From Verrucomicrobiota bacterium (lineage in GTDB: Bacteria > Verrucomicrobiota > Verrucomicrobiia > Verrucomicrobiales > JBCCJK01): a stretch of DNA of 64,000 nt. A program made the position numbers and the translations under genes. Every line of letters begins with the position of its first letter. Within the stretch, counting starts at the first letter, position 1. The stretch spans positions 52,779 through 116,778 of the forward strand of contig JBCCJK010000001.1 in NCBI GenBank assembly GCA_039027815.1. Reading direction: 5' to 3'. A model generated the notes under the pieces. That model searched no databases. It saw only the letters and a list, made by a program, of their open reading frames with translations, and was not told the DNA's origin. Positions 35,372-45,031 of this stretch are shown here, piece after piece.

Positions 35372-36142
35372 ATGTTCCTACTCTCCACCGATATCGATGG
35401 AACCGTGTATGAGCCGCGCGACAATGGCCAACTCTTCGGAGACTACTGGGCCAAATTGCAAGGGCGACTGACCCCCGCCCCGCGCTTGGTTTACAACACC
35501 GGGCGTTCTCTCGCCGACACCCGTCGACTCATCGAACACAGCCATTTGCCCGACCCCGAATGGATTATCTCCGGCGTAGGTTCCACCATCGCTCAAAGAG
35601 GTGCCTCGGGTCCCTTTGCCCCCTGGTCGGAACACCTCTCTCCCGGTTGGGAACAGGCCGCCATCCACGACTACATCGGCCAGCAAGACCTGGCCCAAGC
35701 CCAACCCGCCGAGTGCCAATCTTCTTTCAAATCGAGTTGGTTTTGGGAAAACGCCTCCCCGGAAGCGCTGGCACAGTTGGAGCAAGGGCTGCGTGCCCAG
35801 GGTTGGGAGGCCCAGCTGGTCTACTCCTCCCAACGAGACCTCGATATCCTGCCGAAGCGAGCCAACAAGGGAAACGCGCTTCGCTTTTTGGCTCAGGAGT
35901 TGGTTGTTTCACTTAGGGAAGTCATCGTGGCCGGCGATTCTGGGAATGATCTCTCTATGATCGAAATCCCCGAAGTCTTTGGGATCATTGTGAACAATGC
36001 CGAGTCCTCTCTCCGGGAAGCCTCTTTTGCTAGCCCGCGCTATTTGGCCTCGGAGGAAAGCGCCCTCGGCGTTCAGGAAGGCTTGGAGTCTTTCTTGGAA
36101 AAACCCCCGCTCCCCCGCCCCGCCGCGGCCGACCCATGCTGA
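35372..36142 (+). CDS. spp: Sucrose-6F-phosphate phosphohydrolase (HAD-IIB)
   Basis: 256 aa with HAD motif I LLSTDIDGTV and motif IV AGDSGNDLSM. Overlaps the SPS start by 7 nt. Confidence 0.75.
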   Translation: MFLLSTDIDGTVYEPRDNGQLFGDYWAKLQGRLTPAPRLVYNTGRSLADTRRLIEHSHLPDPEWIISGVGSTIAQRGASGPFAPWSEHLSPGWEQAAIHDYIGQQDLAQAQPAECQSSFKSSWFWENASPEALAQLEQGLRAQGWEAQLVYSSQRDLDILPKRANKGNALRFLAQELVVSLREVIVAGDSGNDLSMIEIPEVFGIIVNNAESSLREASFASPRYLASEESALGVQEGLESFLEKPPLPRPAAADPC

Positions 36143-38367
36143 AAGACCTTTATCTTGTCCATCTCTCGATCCACGGGCTCATTCGCGGGACCAACCTGGA
36201 GCTGGGTCGCGATGCCGACACCGGTGGCCAGTGCAAGTATGTCCTGGAACTGGTCAAGGCCTTGGCAGAACATCCTTCCACCGGGCAAGTGGATCTTTTC
36301 ACCCGCCAAATCATCGATCCCAAAGTCAGCGCCGACTACAAGAGGCCCGAGGAAAAAATCGCCAAAAACGCTTTCGTCAAGAGAGTCCCGGCCGGCCCCA
36401 AACGCTACCTTCGCAAAGAGACCCTTTGGCGGCACTTGGATGAATTTGTCGATCAATGCCTGGCCCGCTTTCGGGAAGCCGGACGTCTCCCGGACGTCAT
36501 CCATGGTCACTACGCCGATGCCGGTTATGTCGGCAGCCAGTTGGCGTCCCTCTTAGGGTGTCCCTTCATCTTCACGGGGCATTCACTAGGTCGCACGAAA
36601 AAGGCGCGCCTCCTGGTGGGGAAAGCCGATCCCCAGCGGATCGAAAAACGCTACAATCTCGGGGCCCGCTTGGAAGCCGAGGAAATGGCCCTCGACGCGG
36701 CCTCTTTTGTCTGCACGAGCACGACCCAGGAAGTCGAAGAACAGTATTCGGTCTATGAAAATTACGATCCCGCTCGCATGCGGGTCATCCCGCCCGGCGT
36801 CGATGTGGATCGTTTTGCCAAGCCCGTCCCTCCCCCGCTGCGAGAGCGAGTGGTCGCCAAACTGGGTCGTTTTCTGCGAGCGCCGGATCGACCCGCCATC
36901 CTGGCCATCGCCCGCGCCGACGAGAAGAAGAACCTCAGCTCTCTGGTGAAAGCCTACGGCCAAAACCAAGGCCTTCAAGAAAAGGCCAACCTGGTCATCG
37001 TGGCTGGCAATCGCGAGTCGCTCTCCGAACTGAACGCCGGAGCGCGCCGAGTCTGGACGGAGCTCCTCCAACTCATCGATGACTTTGATCTCCATGGCCG
37101 AGTCGCCATCCCCAAACAGCACGAACCCGATGAGATCCCGGCCTTCTATCAGTTTGCCGAGCAAACGGGTGGTCTCTTCGTCAATCCCGCCCTCACCGAA
37201 CCCTTCGGACTCACCTTGATCGAGGCCGCCTCGGCCGGGACCCCCGTCGTGGCCACCCATGATGGCGGACCGCAAGACATCCTCGCCAACTGTCAAAATG
37301 GTCTCCTCGTGGACCCCACCAACATCCCGGAAATCTCCCAAGCCCTCAGCCAAGCGCTCTCTGACCAGAAACAATGGCGCACTTGGTCGGCGTCTGGCAA
37401 GGAGGGCGTCCGCCGCCACTACTCCTGGCCCGGGCATGTCGAACGCTACCTCAAAGAAGCAGAAGGCTTTCTCAAGGAAATCACCGAGCCCAATCTCATC
37501 CTCCAAAAGCAGCGAACTGGCCTGCCTCTGACCGATCGCATTGTCTTCACCGGCCTGTCCGATGACTTCCTGGAAGGCGATGCCGAAGCCCTCGCCAGCG
37601 CGCGAGAAATCCTCGAGTCGGACGTGCCCAAATTGGGCTTCGGGATTGCCAGCGGACGCGACCTGAAGTCAGCCATTTCCCTCCTCCGGGAACTCGGCCT
37701 CCCGCAACCGGACGTCTACATAACGCAGTTAGGCGCAGACATTCACTATGGGTCCCGCAAAGTGCTGGACAAAAAATGGCACCAACATCTTTCCTATCGC
37801 TGGGACGCCGAGGGGATTCGGCAGCTCCTGGAGGGCGTGCCCGGGATCCGCTTGCAGACTGAAAAGGGTCGCCAGCATCCCTTTAAGATCTCTTACCACT
37901 ACGAAACCGAGGTCGCCGACTCCCGTCGCGCCCTCCAAAGGCTGCTTCGCGAGGCCAACCTGGCGGCCAAGGTCATCCTTTCCCAAGACAGCCTGCTCGA
38001 TATCATACCGATTCGCTCCGGCAAAGGTCTGGCCATTCGCCATGTGGCTTGGCGTTGGGGCATTCCGGCCGACAATGTGCTTTTTTATGCCCGCCGAGGC
38101 AGCGACTACGAAGCGCTTTCTGGTCAGTTCTTGGGAGTCCTCGGCTCTGACCACTCCCCGGAACTCAAACCGACCGCCCACCTCCCCCGGGTCTACGCCT
38201 CGCCCTACCCCAACTTCCGCGGCCTCCTCGACGGCATCCGCGCTTACCAGTTCGACACCCGGATCCGTGTCCCCAAAAGCGCTCAAGGCCTTGAGCCCGT
38301 CGGCGGCCAGGAACAAGAGTCCGCCTTGCAACCCGACGTCGTCGTTCATTTCGACAAAGAAGAATAA
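36136..38367 (+). CDS. sps: Sucrose-phosphate synthase (GT4 domain + C-terminal SPP-like domain)
   Basis: 743 aa. The N-terminus LVHLSIHGLIRGTNLELGRDADTGGQCKYVLELVKAL is the characteristic SPS signature. EPFGLTLIEAAS GT-B motif is present, followed by a C-terminal HAD-like domain. Confidence 0.85.
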   Translation: MLKDLYLVHLSIHGLIRGTNLELGRDADTGGQCKYVLELVKALAEHPSTGQVDLFTRQIIDPKVSADYKRPEEKIAKNAFVKRVPAGPKRYLRKETLWRHLDEFVDQCLARFREAGRLPDVIHGHYADAGYVGSQLASLLGCPFIFTGHSLGRTKKARLLVGKADPQRIEKRYNLGARLEAEEMALDAASFVCTSTTQEVEEQYSVYENYDPARMRVIPPGVDVDRFAKPVPPPLRERVVAKLGRFLRAPDRPAILAIARADEKKNLSSLVKAYGQNQGLQEKANLVIVAGNRESLSELNAGARRVWTELLQLIDDFDLHGRVAIPKQHEPDEIPAFYQFAEQTGGLFVNPALTEPFGLTLIEAASAGTPVVATHDGGPQDILANCQNGLLVDPTNIPEISQALSQALSDQKQWRTWSASGKEGVRRHYSWPGHVERYLKEAEGFLKEITEPNLILQKQRTGLPLTDRIVFTGLSDDFLEGDAEALASAREILESDVPKLGFGIASGRDLKSAISLLRELGLPQPDVYITQLGADIHYGSRKVLDKKWHQHLSYRWDAEGIRQLLEGVPGIRLQTEKGRQHPFKISYHYETEVADSRRALQRLLREANLAAKVILSQDSLLDIIPIRSGKGLAIRHVAWRWGIPADNVLFYARRGSDYEALSGQFLGVLGSDHSPELKPTAHLPRVYASPYPNFRGLLDGIRAYQFDTRIRVPKSAQGLEPVGGQEQESALQPDVVVHFDKEE

Positions 38368-38390
38368 CCCCCCGATCCCCCGCGCCTGAA

Positions 38391-39302
38391 ATGAGCCAAG
38401 AAGCCCCACCCCTCCTCGCTGGTCTCGAAGCGGGCGGCACCAAGATGGTGTGCGCCGTGGCCCAGACCCCCGAGGAAATCCTGCGGGAAACCCGCATTCC
38501 CACCACCCAGCCGGAGGAAACCCTCTCGGCGGTAGCCGCCTTCTTTCGGGAAGCCACCCAAGACTTCGGCCCCTTGGCCTCCCTTGGCATCGGCTCCTTT
38601 GGCCCCGCCAACGTGCATGCCCGCTCCCCAGGTTTTGGAGAAATTCTCACGACTCCCAAGGAAGGCTGGACGGGAGTGAATATGATCCAGCGAGTCCAAG
38701 AGCAGTTGGCTGAACCGGTCCCGATCGCCTTCGACACCGACGTGAACGCGGCCGCCATCGGGGAGGCCAGTTTCGGCGCCGGTCGCGGTCATCGCTATGT
38801 CTGCTATGTCACCGTCGGCACGGGCATCGGCGGCGGATTTCTCATGGATGGGCAGCCCTTGCACGGGCGGATGCATCCAGAAATCGGCCACATGGCCATG
38901 CCGAATCTGGATCTCGAATACGGGAAAGACACCAATGTTTGCCCCTTTCACCTCTCCTGTTTGGAAGGTCGTGCCAGCGGTACCGCGCTCAACACCCGCT
39001 GGGGCCAGCATGGGAGCGAGCTGCCCGAGGACCATCCCGCCTGGGAACTGCATGCCCGCTATCTCTCGCTGGCCGCCATGAATCTGACGGCCGCTTGGTC
39101 GCCCGACGTCATTCTCTTTGGCGGAGGAGTCTTCCAACAGGCGGGCTTGATCGACCGCATTCGCAGCACCTTTGAGAAGGATACCGGAGGCTATTGGTCG
39201 CTCCCGCCCCTCGATGTCTACCTGCAAACCCCCGAGCTCGGCCAGCAGGCCGGCATCGTGGGAGCCCTGGTCATGGCCCAGCGAGCGGTCACCCCATTCT
39301 AA
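38391..39302 (+). CDS. ROK-family fructokinase
   Basis: 303 aa with motifs LEAGGTKMVCAV and VGTGIGGG, plus a Cys/His zinc motif (HPEIGHM...CPFHLSCLE). Confidence 0.8.
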   Translation: MSQEAPPLLAGLEAGGTKMVCAVAQTPEEILRETRIPTTQPEETLSAVAAFFREATQDFGPLASLGIGSFGPANVHARSPGFGEILTTPKEGWTGVNMIQRVQEQLAEPVPIAFDTDVNAAAIGEASFGAGRGHRYVCYVTVGTGIGGGFLMDGQPLHGRMHPEIGHMAMPNLDLEYGKDTNVCPFHLSCLEGRASGTALNTRWGQHGSELPEDHPAWELHARYLSLAAMNLTAAWSPDVILFGGGVFQQAGLIDRIRSTFEKDTGGYWSLPPLDVYLQTPELGQQAGIVGALVMAQRAVTPF

Positions 39303-39309
39303 CGCGGTT

Positions 39310-41265
39310 ATGAGTTCCCCTCACCAAGCCAGCGATCGACAGATCCGGGTCACCCTGGAGCGGCTTCTGGCCAAGCTTCAGGAGCGGTTTCCCGTGGAAA
39401 GCCAGACGCCCGATTGGGAAGTCTTTGAGCTGCGTTTGCGGGATCACTTTCCAGCCCTTTTCGGACGTCTCCTGACCCTCTACGGGGGGCACTTTGATTT
39501 CTTCTACCACCTCTTGAATCTCGCCGAAACCATGGTGCGGCTGTGGGTGGAGCGGCCAGCCGAATTGCGCAGCATGGACGCCATTCGGGAGGGGGATCCC
39601 ACTTGGTATCAGTCGGGGCGACTGGTCGGGGCCATGGCCTACGTCGACCTCTTCTCGGGCGATCTCCAGGGACTCCGGGAGCAAATCCCCTATCTCCAGT
39701 CTCTCGGCATCACCTACCTCCACCTCATGCCTCTCTACCAAACGCCGGAGGGCGACGATGATGGGGGCTACGCCGTCAGCAGCTACCGTGAAGTGGACGC
39801 CCAACTCGGGACGCGAGCCGACCTGGAGGAGCTCACAAACGAACTCCGGCAGCACGGCATCAGCCTGGTCCTCGACTTTGTCTTCAATCACACCTCCGAC
39901 CAGCACCACTGGGCCCGCCGAGCCCGCGAAGGGGATGAGACCTTTCAGGACTACTACCTCATGTTCGACTCCCGGCGGGAGCCCGACGAATATGAGCAAC
40001 ACCTCCGCTCCATCTTCCCGGATGATCGGCCGGGCTGTTTCACCTATATCAATCGACTCAAAAAATGGGTCTGGACCACCTTCCACACCTACCAGTGGGA
40101 TCTCAATTACCGCAATCCCGAGGTCTTCATCGCCATGGTGGAAGAAATGCTCTTTTTGAATAACCTAGGCGTGGAAGTCTTGCGTATGGACGCAGTGCCT
40201 TTTGTTTGGAAGCAAAAAGGCACCAACTGCGAGAACCTGCCCGAAGCCCATTTGGTGATTGAGGCCTTCAATGCCATCACCCGGGTCGTCGCTCCCGGTG
40301 TCATCTTCAAATCCGAGGCCATCGTGGCCCCCGATCAAATCTCCGAATACATCGCGACCGACCAATGCCAGTTGTCCTACAATCCCCTCATGATGTCGCT
40401 CCTCTGGGAGGGACTGGCCACTCGGAGCGCCAAGCTCTTGCGGCATTCGCTGCAAAAGCGACTCGACATCGCGACTGGCTGTTCCTGGGTCAACTACGTC
40501 CGAAGCCACGACGACATCGGCTGGGGCTTTGACAATCGCGATGCCGAAGAGCAGGAGATCGACCCGCATGGGCACCGGCACTTTCTCACCCAATTCTTCG
40601 CAGGTCGTCACGAATCCACCTTCTCGGATGGAGACACCTTCCAAGAAGACCCTCGCACGGGGGACGCCCGCATCGTCGGGACGACCGCTTCCCTCTGCGG
40701 CTTGGGCCTGGCCATGGCCGCGGCCGACGAACGGGAAATCAAACTCGCCCTGGATCGCATCCTTCTCCTCTACAGCATCACCTTCACCATCGGGGGGATT
40801 CCCCTGATTTACCTGGGGGATGAGATCGGGATGCTCAACGATCCAAGCTACCGGGAAGATCTTGATAAAGAAGGCGACTCTCGTTGGCTGCATCGGCCTT
40901 ACTTTGACTGGGACAAGGCCGCCCAGCGCCATGTCGCCGGCACGCCGGAAAATCTGCTCTTCCAAGGATTCCTGAAACTGAATCAAATCCGCATGAACAA
41001 CTCCGCGCTCGCCCAAGGCGAGACCGAAGTCATTCATACCGAGAATGACCACGTCCTTGGTTGGTTCCGCACCAACTCCGAGCAATCCGTCCTCTGTCTG
41101 GGAAATTTCAGCGATCGCACTCAATCGATCGCCGCCACCCGTCTCCGGCAACTCGGTCTCCGTAAAGCCTTGGTCGATATCGTGGCCGGCAAGCACATCC
41201 TGGCATCCAAGCGGCTTGAATTGGAGCCTCTTCAGTTCATGGTCCTTTTGACCCAAGGCGGATGA
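39310..41265 (+). CDS. Amylosucrase (GH13)
   Basis: In-frame ATG at 39310 within ORF 39172-41265. DLFSGDLQGLREQIPYLQSLGITYLHLMPLYQTPEGDDDGGYAVSSYREVD...LVLDFVFNHTSDQHHWA closely parallels Neisseria amylosucrase as I recall it. Confidence 0.85.
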   Translation: MSSPHQASDRQIRVTLERLLAKLQERFPVESQTPDWEVFELRLRDHFPALFGRLLTLYGGHFDFFYHLLNLAETMVRLWVERPAELRSMDAIREGDPTWYQSGRLVGAMAYVDLFSGDLQGLREQIPYLQSLGITYLHLMPLYQTPEGDDDGGYAVSSYREVDAQLGTRADLEELTNELRQHGISLVLDFVFNHTSDQHHWARRAREGDETFQDYYLMFDSRREPDEYEQHLRSIFPDDRPGCFTYINRLKKWVWTTFHTYQWDLNYRNPEVFIAMVEEMLFLNNLGVEVLRMDAVPFVWKQKGTNCENLPEAHLVIEAFNAITRVVAPGVIFKSEAIVAPDQISEYIATDQCQLSYNPLMMSLLWEGLATRSAKLLRHSLQKRLDIATGCSWVNYVRSHDDIGWGFDNRDAEEQEIDPHGHRHFLTQFFAGRHESTFSDGDTFQEDPRTGDARIVGTTASLCGLGLAMAAADEREIKLALDRILLLYSITFTIGGIPLIYLGDEIGMLNDPSYREDLDKEGDSRWLHRPYFDWDKAAQRHVAGTPENLLFQGFLKLNQIRMNNSALAQGETEVIHTENDHVLGWFRTNSEQSVLCLGNFSDRTQSIAATRLRQLGLRKALVDIVAGKHILASKRLELEPLQFMVLLTQGG

Positions 41266-42020
41266 ACCCCTTTCCCAGTCCTCCCATGGCACGCTTTCTC
41301 TCACTGCTTTTGCCCTCCTTTCTTCTGGGAGACCTGGCGGTGGCCGATGCCATGTCCTTGCCAGCGGTTGAGGCACAAGAGGATGGAACCTTTCTCTTGG
41401 GGGAAATTCACTTCGATCCTGGCACCCGCGAGATCCGGCTCCCAGCCCGCACAGGCGAGAGTGACGCGCCCTTGGAGTATGCCTTGGTCAGCGTGCGGGG
41501 AAAAGTGCATGAAACGCTCCTGGTGACAGCGGTTCCCCCTTCTCATCTGCAAACGGCCTTGCTCCTCTGTCACTACCAACCTTCGACCGTCATTCTGGAG
41601 AGGCCTCGTCTCGACAATCGAGGGAATCCCGTGCGGCCCCTCGAAGAAGATGAGCGCCAAGGACCCCGGGCCGCCCCGCCCTTTGAATCCCAAATGAAAA
41701 TCCGTCTCGAGTGGTCGGATGAAAGCGGCCAGCTTCAAAGCTACCCGCTCTCGGAGCTCATTCAAAATCAGCTGACCGAGGCCGTCATCCCAGACAGCCC
41801 CTGGATCTTCACCGGCTCCCGTTTTTTTGAAGGCGGCTACATGGCGGACATCACTGGTTCCATCATGGCGACCTACCTTGATGCCGACGCCCTCCTCAAT
41901 CTCTCGTGGGGAGGAAATCAGGATGACGAAAATTGGTTTCCGCGTCGCGACCTCCTCCCCCCCTTGACCGTCAAAGCGACCCTCGTTCTCACCCCCTTGG
42001 CCCTTCCCGAAGAATCCTGA
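41262..42020 (+). CDS. Hypothetical secreted protein (YdjY-like?)
   Basis: 252 aa with a signal-like N-terminus (MARFLSLLLPSFLLGDLAVADA). The start overlaps the amylosucrase stop. The family assignment is from memory only. Confidence 0.5.
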   Translation: MNPFPSPPMARFLSLLLPSFLLGDLAVADAMSLPAVEAQEDGTFLLGEIHFDPGTREIRLPARTGESDAPLEYALVSVRGKVHETLLVTAVPPSHLQTALLLCHYQPSTVILERPRLDNRGNPVRPLEEDERQGPRAAPPFESQMKIRLEWSDESGQLQSYPLSELIQNQLTEAVIPDSPWIFTGSRFFEGGYMADITGSIMATYLDADALLNLSWGGNQDDENWFPRRDLLPPLTVKATLVLTPLALPEES

Positions 42021-42060
42021 ACAGAGCCACCGCAGCCAGAACGCCTCTCTTCGACACCCC

Positions 42061-43179
42061 ATGAAAGTTCTCTTCTTGCTCCCCCTGGTGGCCTGCCTGG
42101 CCCTTCCCGCCCAAGCAGATCGTTCCCTCCAGCGCGAGGTGGAAAGAGCCATAAGCCGGGGAGTCGACTACTTCCTTGAGACCCAAAATGAGGACGGCTC
42201 TTGGGGCGATCCCAAGGTCCCTGGACTGACCGCCCTCGCTCTCAGTTCCTTGCTCCTGGATCCGTCCCGAGACCCCCAAGCCCCTCTGGCTACTCCTCTC
42301 CGACGCGGTCTCGATTACTTGGTCCGCTGCCAAAACGAAGACGGCTCCATCTTCGTGGAAGGCTACGCCAACTACAACACCGCCCTCAGCATCATGGCCT
42401 TCCTCGCCAGCCGGGACCAAAACTACCAGCCCGCCATCTTGAAAGCACGGCGCTACCTGGTGAATCTGCAAGCGGACGAACGAATCCAGGGAGAAACCGA
42501 TGATGCTTGGGATGGTGGCGTGGGCTACGGCTCGAAGCCGATTCCCGACCTCTCCAATACTCACCTCGCTCTGGAGGCGCTCTACTACTCCCGCCATCTG
42601 GTGGAGGAACGACCCGACGCTCCCCGCCTCAACTGGGAAGCGGCCCTGACCTTCGTCAGTCGCTGCCAAAACCTCCCCGCCACCAACGATCAGGAATGGG
42701 CTAGCGATGATCCTGACCAAAGAGGCGGCTTCATCTATGACCCGGATCAGAGCAAAGCAGGCGACTACCCACGCCCCGGCCTCCCCGATGGCAAGCGCTC
42801 CTACGGCAGCATGACCTACGCCGGCCTCCTCAGCTTCCTCTACGCGGAAGTGGATCGGAACGACGAGAGGGTGCTGGCGGCCGTCGACTGGCTCCGAAAA
42901 AACTTCACCGTAGAAGAAAACCCCGGCATGGGACTCCAAGGCCTCTTTTACTACTACCACACCATGGCCAAAGCCCTCCACGCCGCGGGCATTGAAGGAT
43001 TCGAGACGGATGAAAACCAGCAAATCGCTTGGCGGGAGGAATTGGCTCTCCAGCTTTTCAATCTTCAAAAGAGCGATGGCAGTTGGGCCAACACCAACGG
43101 ACGCTGGTGGGAAAAAGACCCCCAACTCGTGACCAGCTACGCGCTCCTGGCCTTGGTGCAAATTCACGCTGGGCTTTGA
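42061..43179 (+). CDS. Prenyltransferase/squalene-oxidase repeat-containing secreted protein
   Basis: 372 aa with a signal peptide. Repeated QxxDGSWG-type terpenoid-cyclase repeats (ETQNEDGSWGD, RCQNEDGSIF, LQKSDGSWAN). Confidence 0.75.
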   Translation: MKVLFLLPLVACLALPAQADRSLQREVERAISRGVDYFLETQNEDGSWGDPKVPGLTALALSSLLLDPSRDPQAPLATPLRRGLDYLVRCQNEDGSIFVEGYANYNTALSIMAFLASRDQNYQPAILKARRYLVNLQADERIQGETDDAWDGGVGYGSKPIPDLSNTHLALEALYYSRHLVEERPDAPRLNWEAALTFVSRCQNLPATNDQEWASDDPDQRGGFIYDPDQSKAGDYPRPGLPDGKRSYGSMTYAGLLSFLYAEVDRNDERVLAAVDWLRKNFTVEENPGMGLQGLFYYYHTMAKALHAAGIEGFETDENQQIAWREELALQLFNLQKSDGSWANTNGRWWEKDPQLVTSYALLALVQIHAGL

Positions 43180-43239
43180 CCGGCACCCCAGTGGATGCCT
43201 CAAGCGGTCTCAGCTTGCGGCACCGAAACTCGACTCGCT

Positions 43240-43731
43240 TCAGCGATAGCGCTCCGGCACTTTCATATCGGTGATTCGCCAGCGCCCCCTCTCCCAAGTC
43301 ATCCAAGTGGTTGTCCCATCCACGATGACTTGAAAGCGAGTCGGACTCACGAAGAAGGCCTTCTCCACTTGGGGTTGGAGGACTCCCTTTTGCGATATTC
43401 GATAGAGCTTGGGAAAGCCCTCCGGCGTGATGAGGGTGGTAATGAAATGGTCTTTGGTCCGATTGGCCAGCCCTTCTAAGGCGCGACCAAACCTGCCGAG
43501 CAGTGATTCCTCTTCAGAGGGCGGCGGCAGGGCCTCCTCACTGACCAACTGAGAGCGCAGAGACGCGCGCACGGCCGGGAAATCCACCATCCGCTCGAGG
43601 GCCGCGCTGTCCTTCTTTTCGAGCGCCTGTTGGAAGGCCAGCAAGGTCAGGTAGGGATACGCCAGATAGGCCCCTGGCAGCAGCAAAAAAAGCCAGGTCC
43701 ATCTCCGGCGACGGTTTCTTCGTTTTCCCAT
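43240..43731 (-). CDS. Membrane-anchored hypothetical protein (DUF2939-like)
   Basis: 163 aa with a basic N-terminus followed by a TM helix (RRRRWTWLFLLLPGAYLAYPYL). Confidence 0.55.
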   Translation of the reverse strand: MGKRRNRRRRWTWLFLLLPGAYLAYPYLTLLAFQQALEKKDSAALERMVDFPAVRASLRSQLVSEEALPPPSEEESLLGRFGRALEGLANRTKDHFITTLITPEGFPKLYRISQKGVLQPQVEKAFFVSPTRFQVIVDGTTTWMTWERGRWRITDMKVPERYR

Positions 43732-43750
43732 GCCTCCCCAAACAGCTTCT

Positions 43751-45016
43751 TTAGAGTTTTTTCACCAGCACGTGAGCATTCCGACTGCTCTCTTGGGCCA
43801 AGCGTCGGCGCTTTTCAGGCAGAGCTTCCAGGCCTGCGAGCGCAAATCCGTGCCGCTCAAAAAAGTCCTTGGCCCCTACGCTCAGTGCCGCCAGGCGTGA
43901 GAGGCCCGCCTCCCGCGCTTCCTTTTCCGCAAATCGGAGCAAGGCCCGGCCGTAGCCTCGGTTCTCGTGACTCTTTTTGATGTAGAGGCAAGCCACCTCC
44001 CCTATCCCCTCGTCGATCGACTTATGGAGAGCGGCGCTCCCCACCACATTGCCATCGATCTCGACCACAAAGTAGTCCTCGATCCGACGCAACACATCCT
44101 CCTGTGTGCGTCGCACCAGGGTGTCATTCTCCACGGAGCGATGAATGAGAGCCAGAAGCTCGGGAACATCACTTTCTCGCAACGGGCGGATGCCTAGATA
44201 CTCATCGGCGTGAATCATCATGCCGATTCCCTCGTTGCTGAAAAGCTCGGCCAAGAGCGCCTCGTTCTGCATGCCATCCACAAAATGCACCCGAGAGACC
44301 CCACGTTCACAAGCCAAGGCCGCCAGGCGCAGCCGCGAGGTGAGCGGCTCCTTTGCCTGCTTGGCCATCTCCAAGGCCTCCTCCACCGAGAGCTGAGGCA
44401 AGCGCCCTCGCTCGTCCGCGTCCAAGACGGGCTCGCGACTCAGATAGAGAATCTTGTGGGCCTGGAGGGCCACCGCCACATCGGCTGCCACCTGGTCCGA
44501 ATTCAGTCGCAGACTTTGCCCCTGGTGGTCGGCTGCCAAAGGGGGGATCACCGGAATCATCCCCTGGTCCAGAAAAGTCCGCAAGGCGAGCGCGTCCACT
44601 TTGCCGACTTTGCCAGTGCGTTGGTAATCGATTCCTTTGACCACCCCCAGCGGATGGGCCGTCAGGACATTGGCCATCACGGCCCGCAGTTTGACGATTT
44701 GCAGCCCTTGTAAAAGGCGATTGGAAAGACGGGGGATGGCGTCGGAGGCCAATTCCATCGTCTCCAGATCGGTCGGTCCGGTCCCGTCCGCATTGGAAAG
44801 CGTCTGGCCCCGTTCTTCCGCCAACCGCGCCATTTGCCAGCCCGCGCCATGAACCAAGACCACGCGCATATTGAGCGAATGGAGAACCGCCAAATCCAAC
44901 AGCACATTGGAAAAGTTCTCCGAAGCCGCCACCCCACCATCCAAGGCCACCACAAAGGTCTGGTCCCGAAAGTAGGGGACATACTGAAGAATGCCTCGAA
45001 GATCGCCGAAGTTCAT
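43751..45016 (-). CDS. argA: Amino-acid N-acetyltransferase (N-acetylglutamate synthase; AAK + GNAT)
   Basis: 421 aa. N-terminal amino-acid-kinase fold (FVVALDGGV...VLVHGAG) and C-terminal GNAT domain (ENRGYGRALLRFAE). Confidence 0.85.
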   Translation of the reverse strand: MNFGDLRGILQYVPYFRDQTFVVALDGGVAASENFSNVLLDLAVLHSLNMRVVLVHGAGWQMARLAEERGQTLSNADGTGPTDLETMELASDAIPRLSNRLLQGLQIVKLRAVMANVLTAHPLGVVKGIDYQRTGKVGKVDALALRTFLDQGMIPVIPPLAADHQGQSLRLNSDQVAADVAVALQAHKILYLSREPVLDADERGRLPQLSVEEALEMAKQAKEPLTSRLRLAALACERGVSRVHFVDGMQNEALLAELFSNEGIGMMIHADEYLGIRPLRESDVPELLALIHRSVENDTLVRRTQEDVLRRIEDYFVVEIDGNVVGSAALHKSIDEGIGEVACLYIKKSHENRGYGRALLRFAEKEAREAGLSRLAALSVGAKDFFERHGFALAGLEALPEKRRRLAQESSRNAHVLVKKL

Positions 45017-45031
45017 GGTGTCCGCGGGAGC

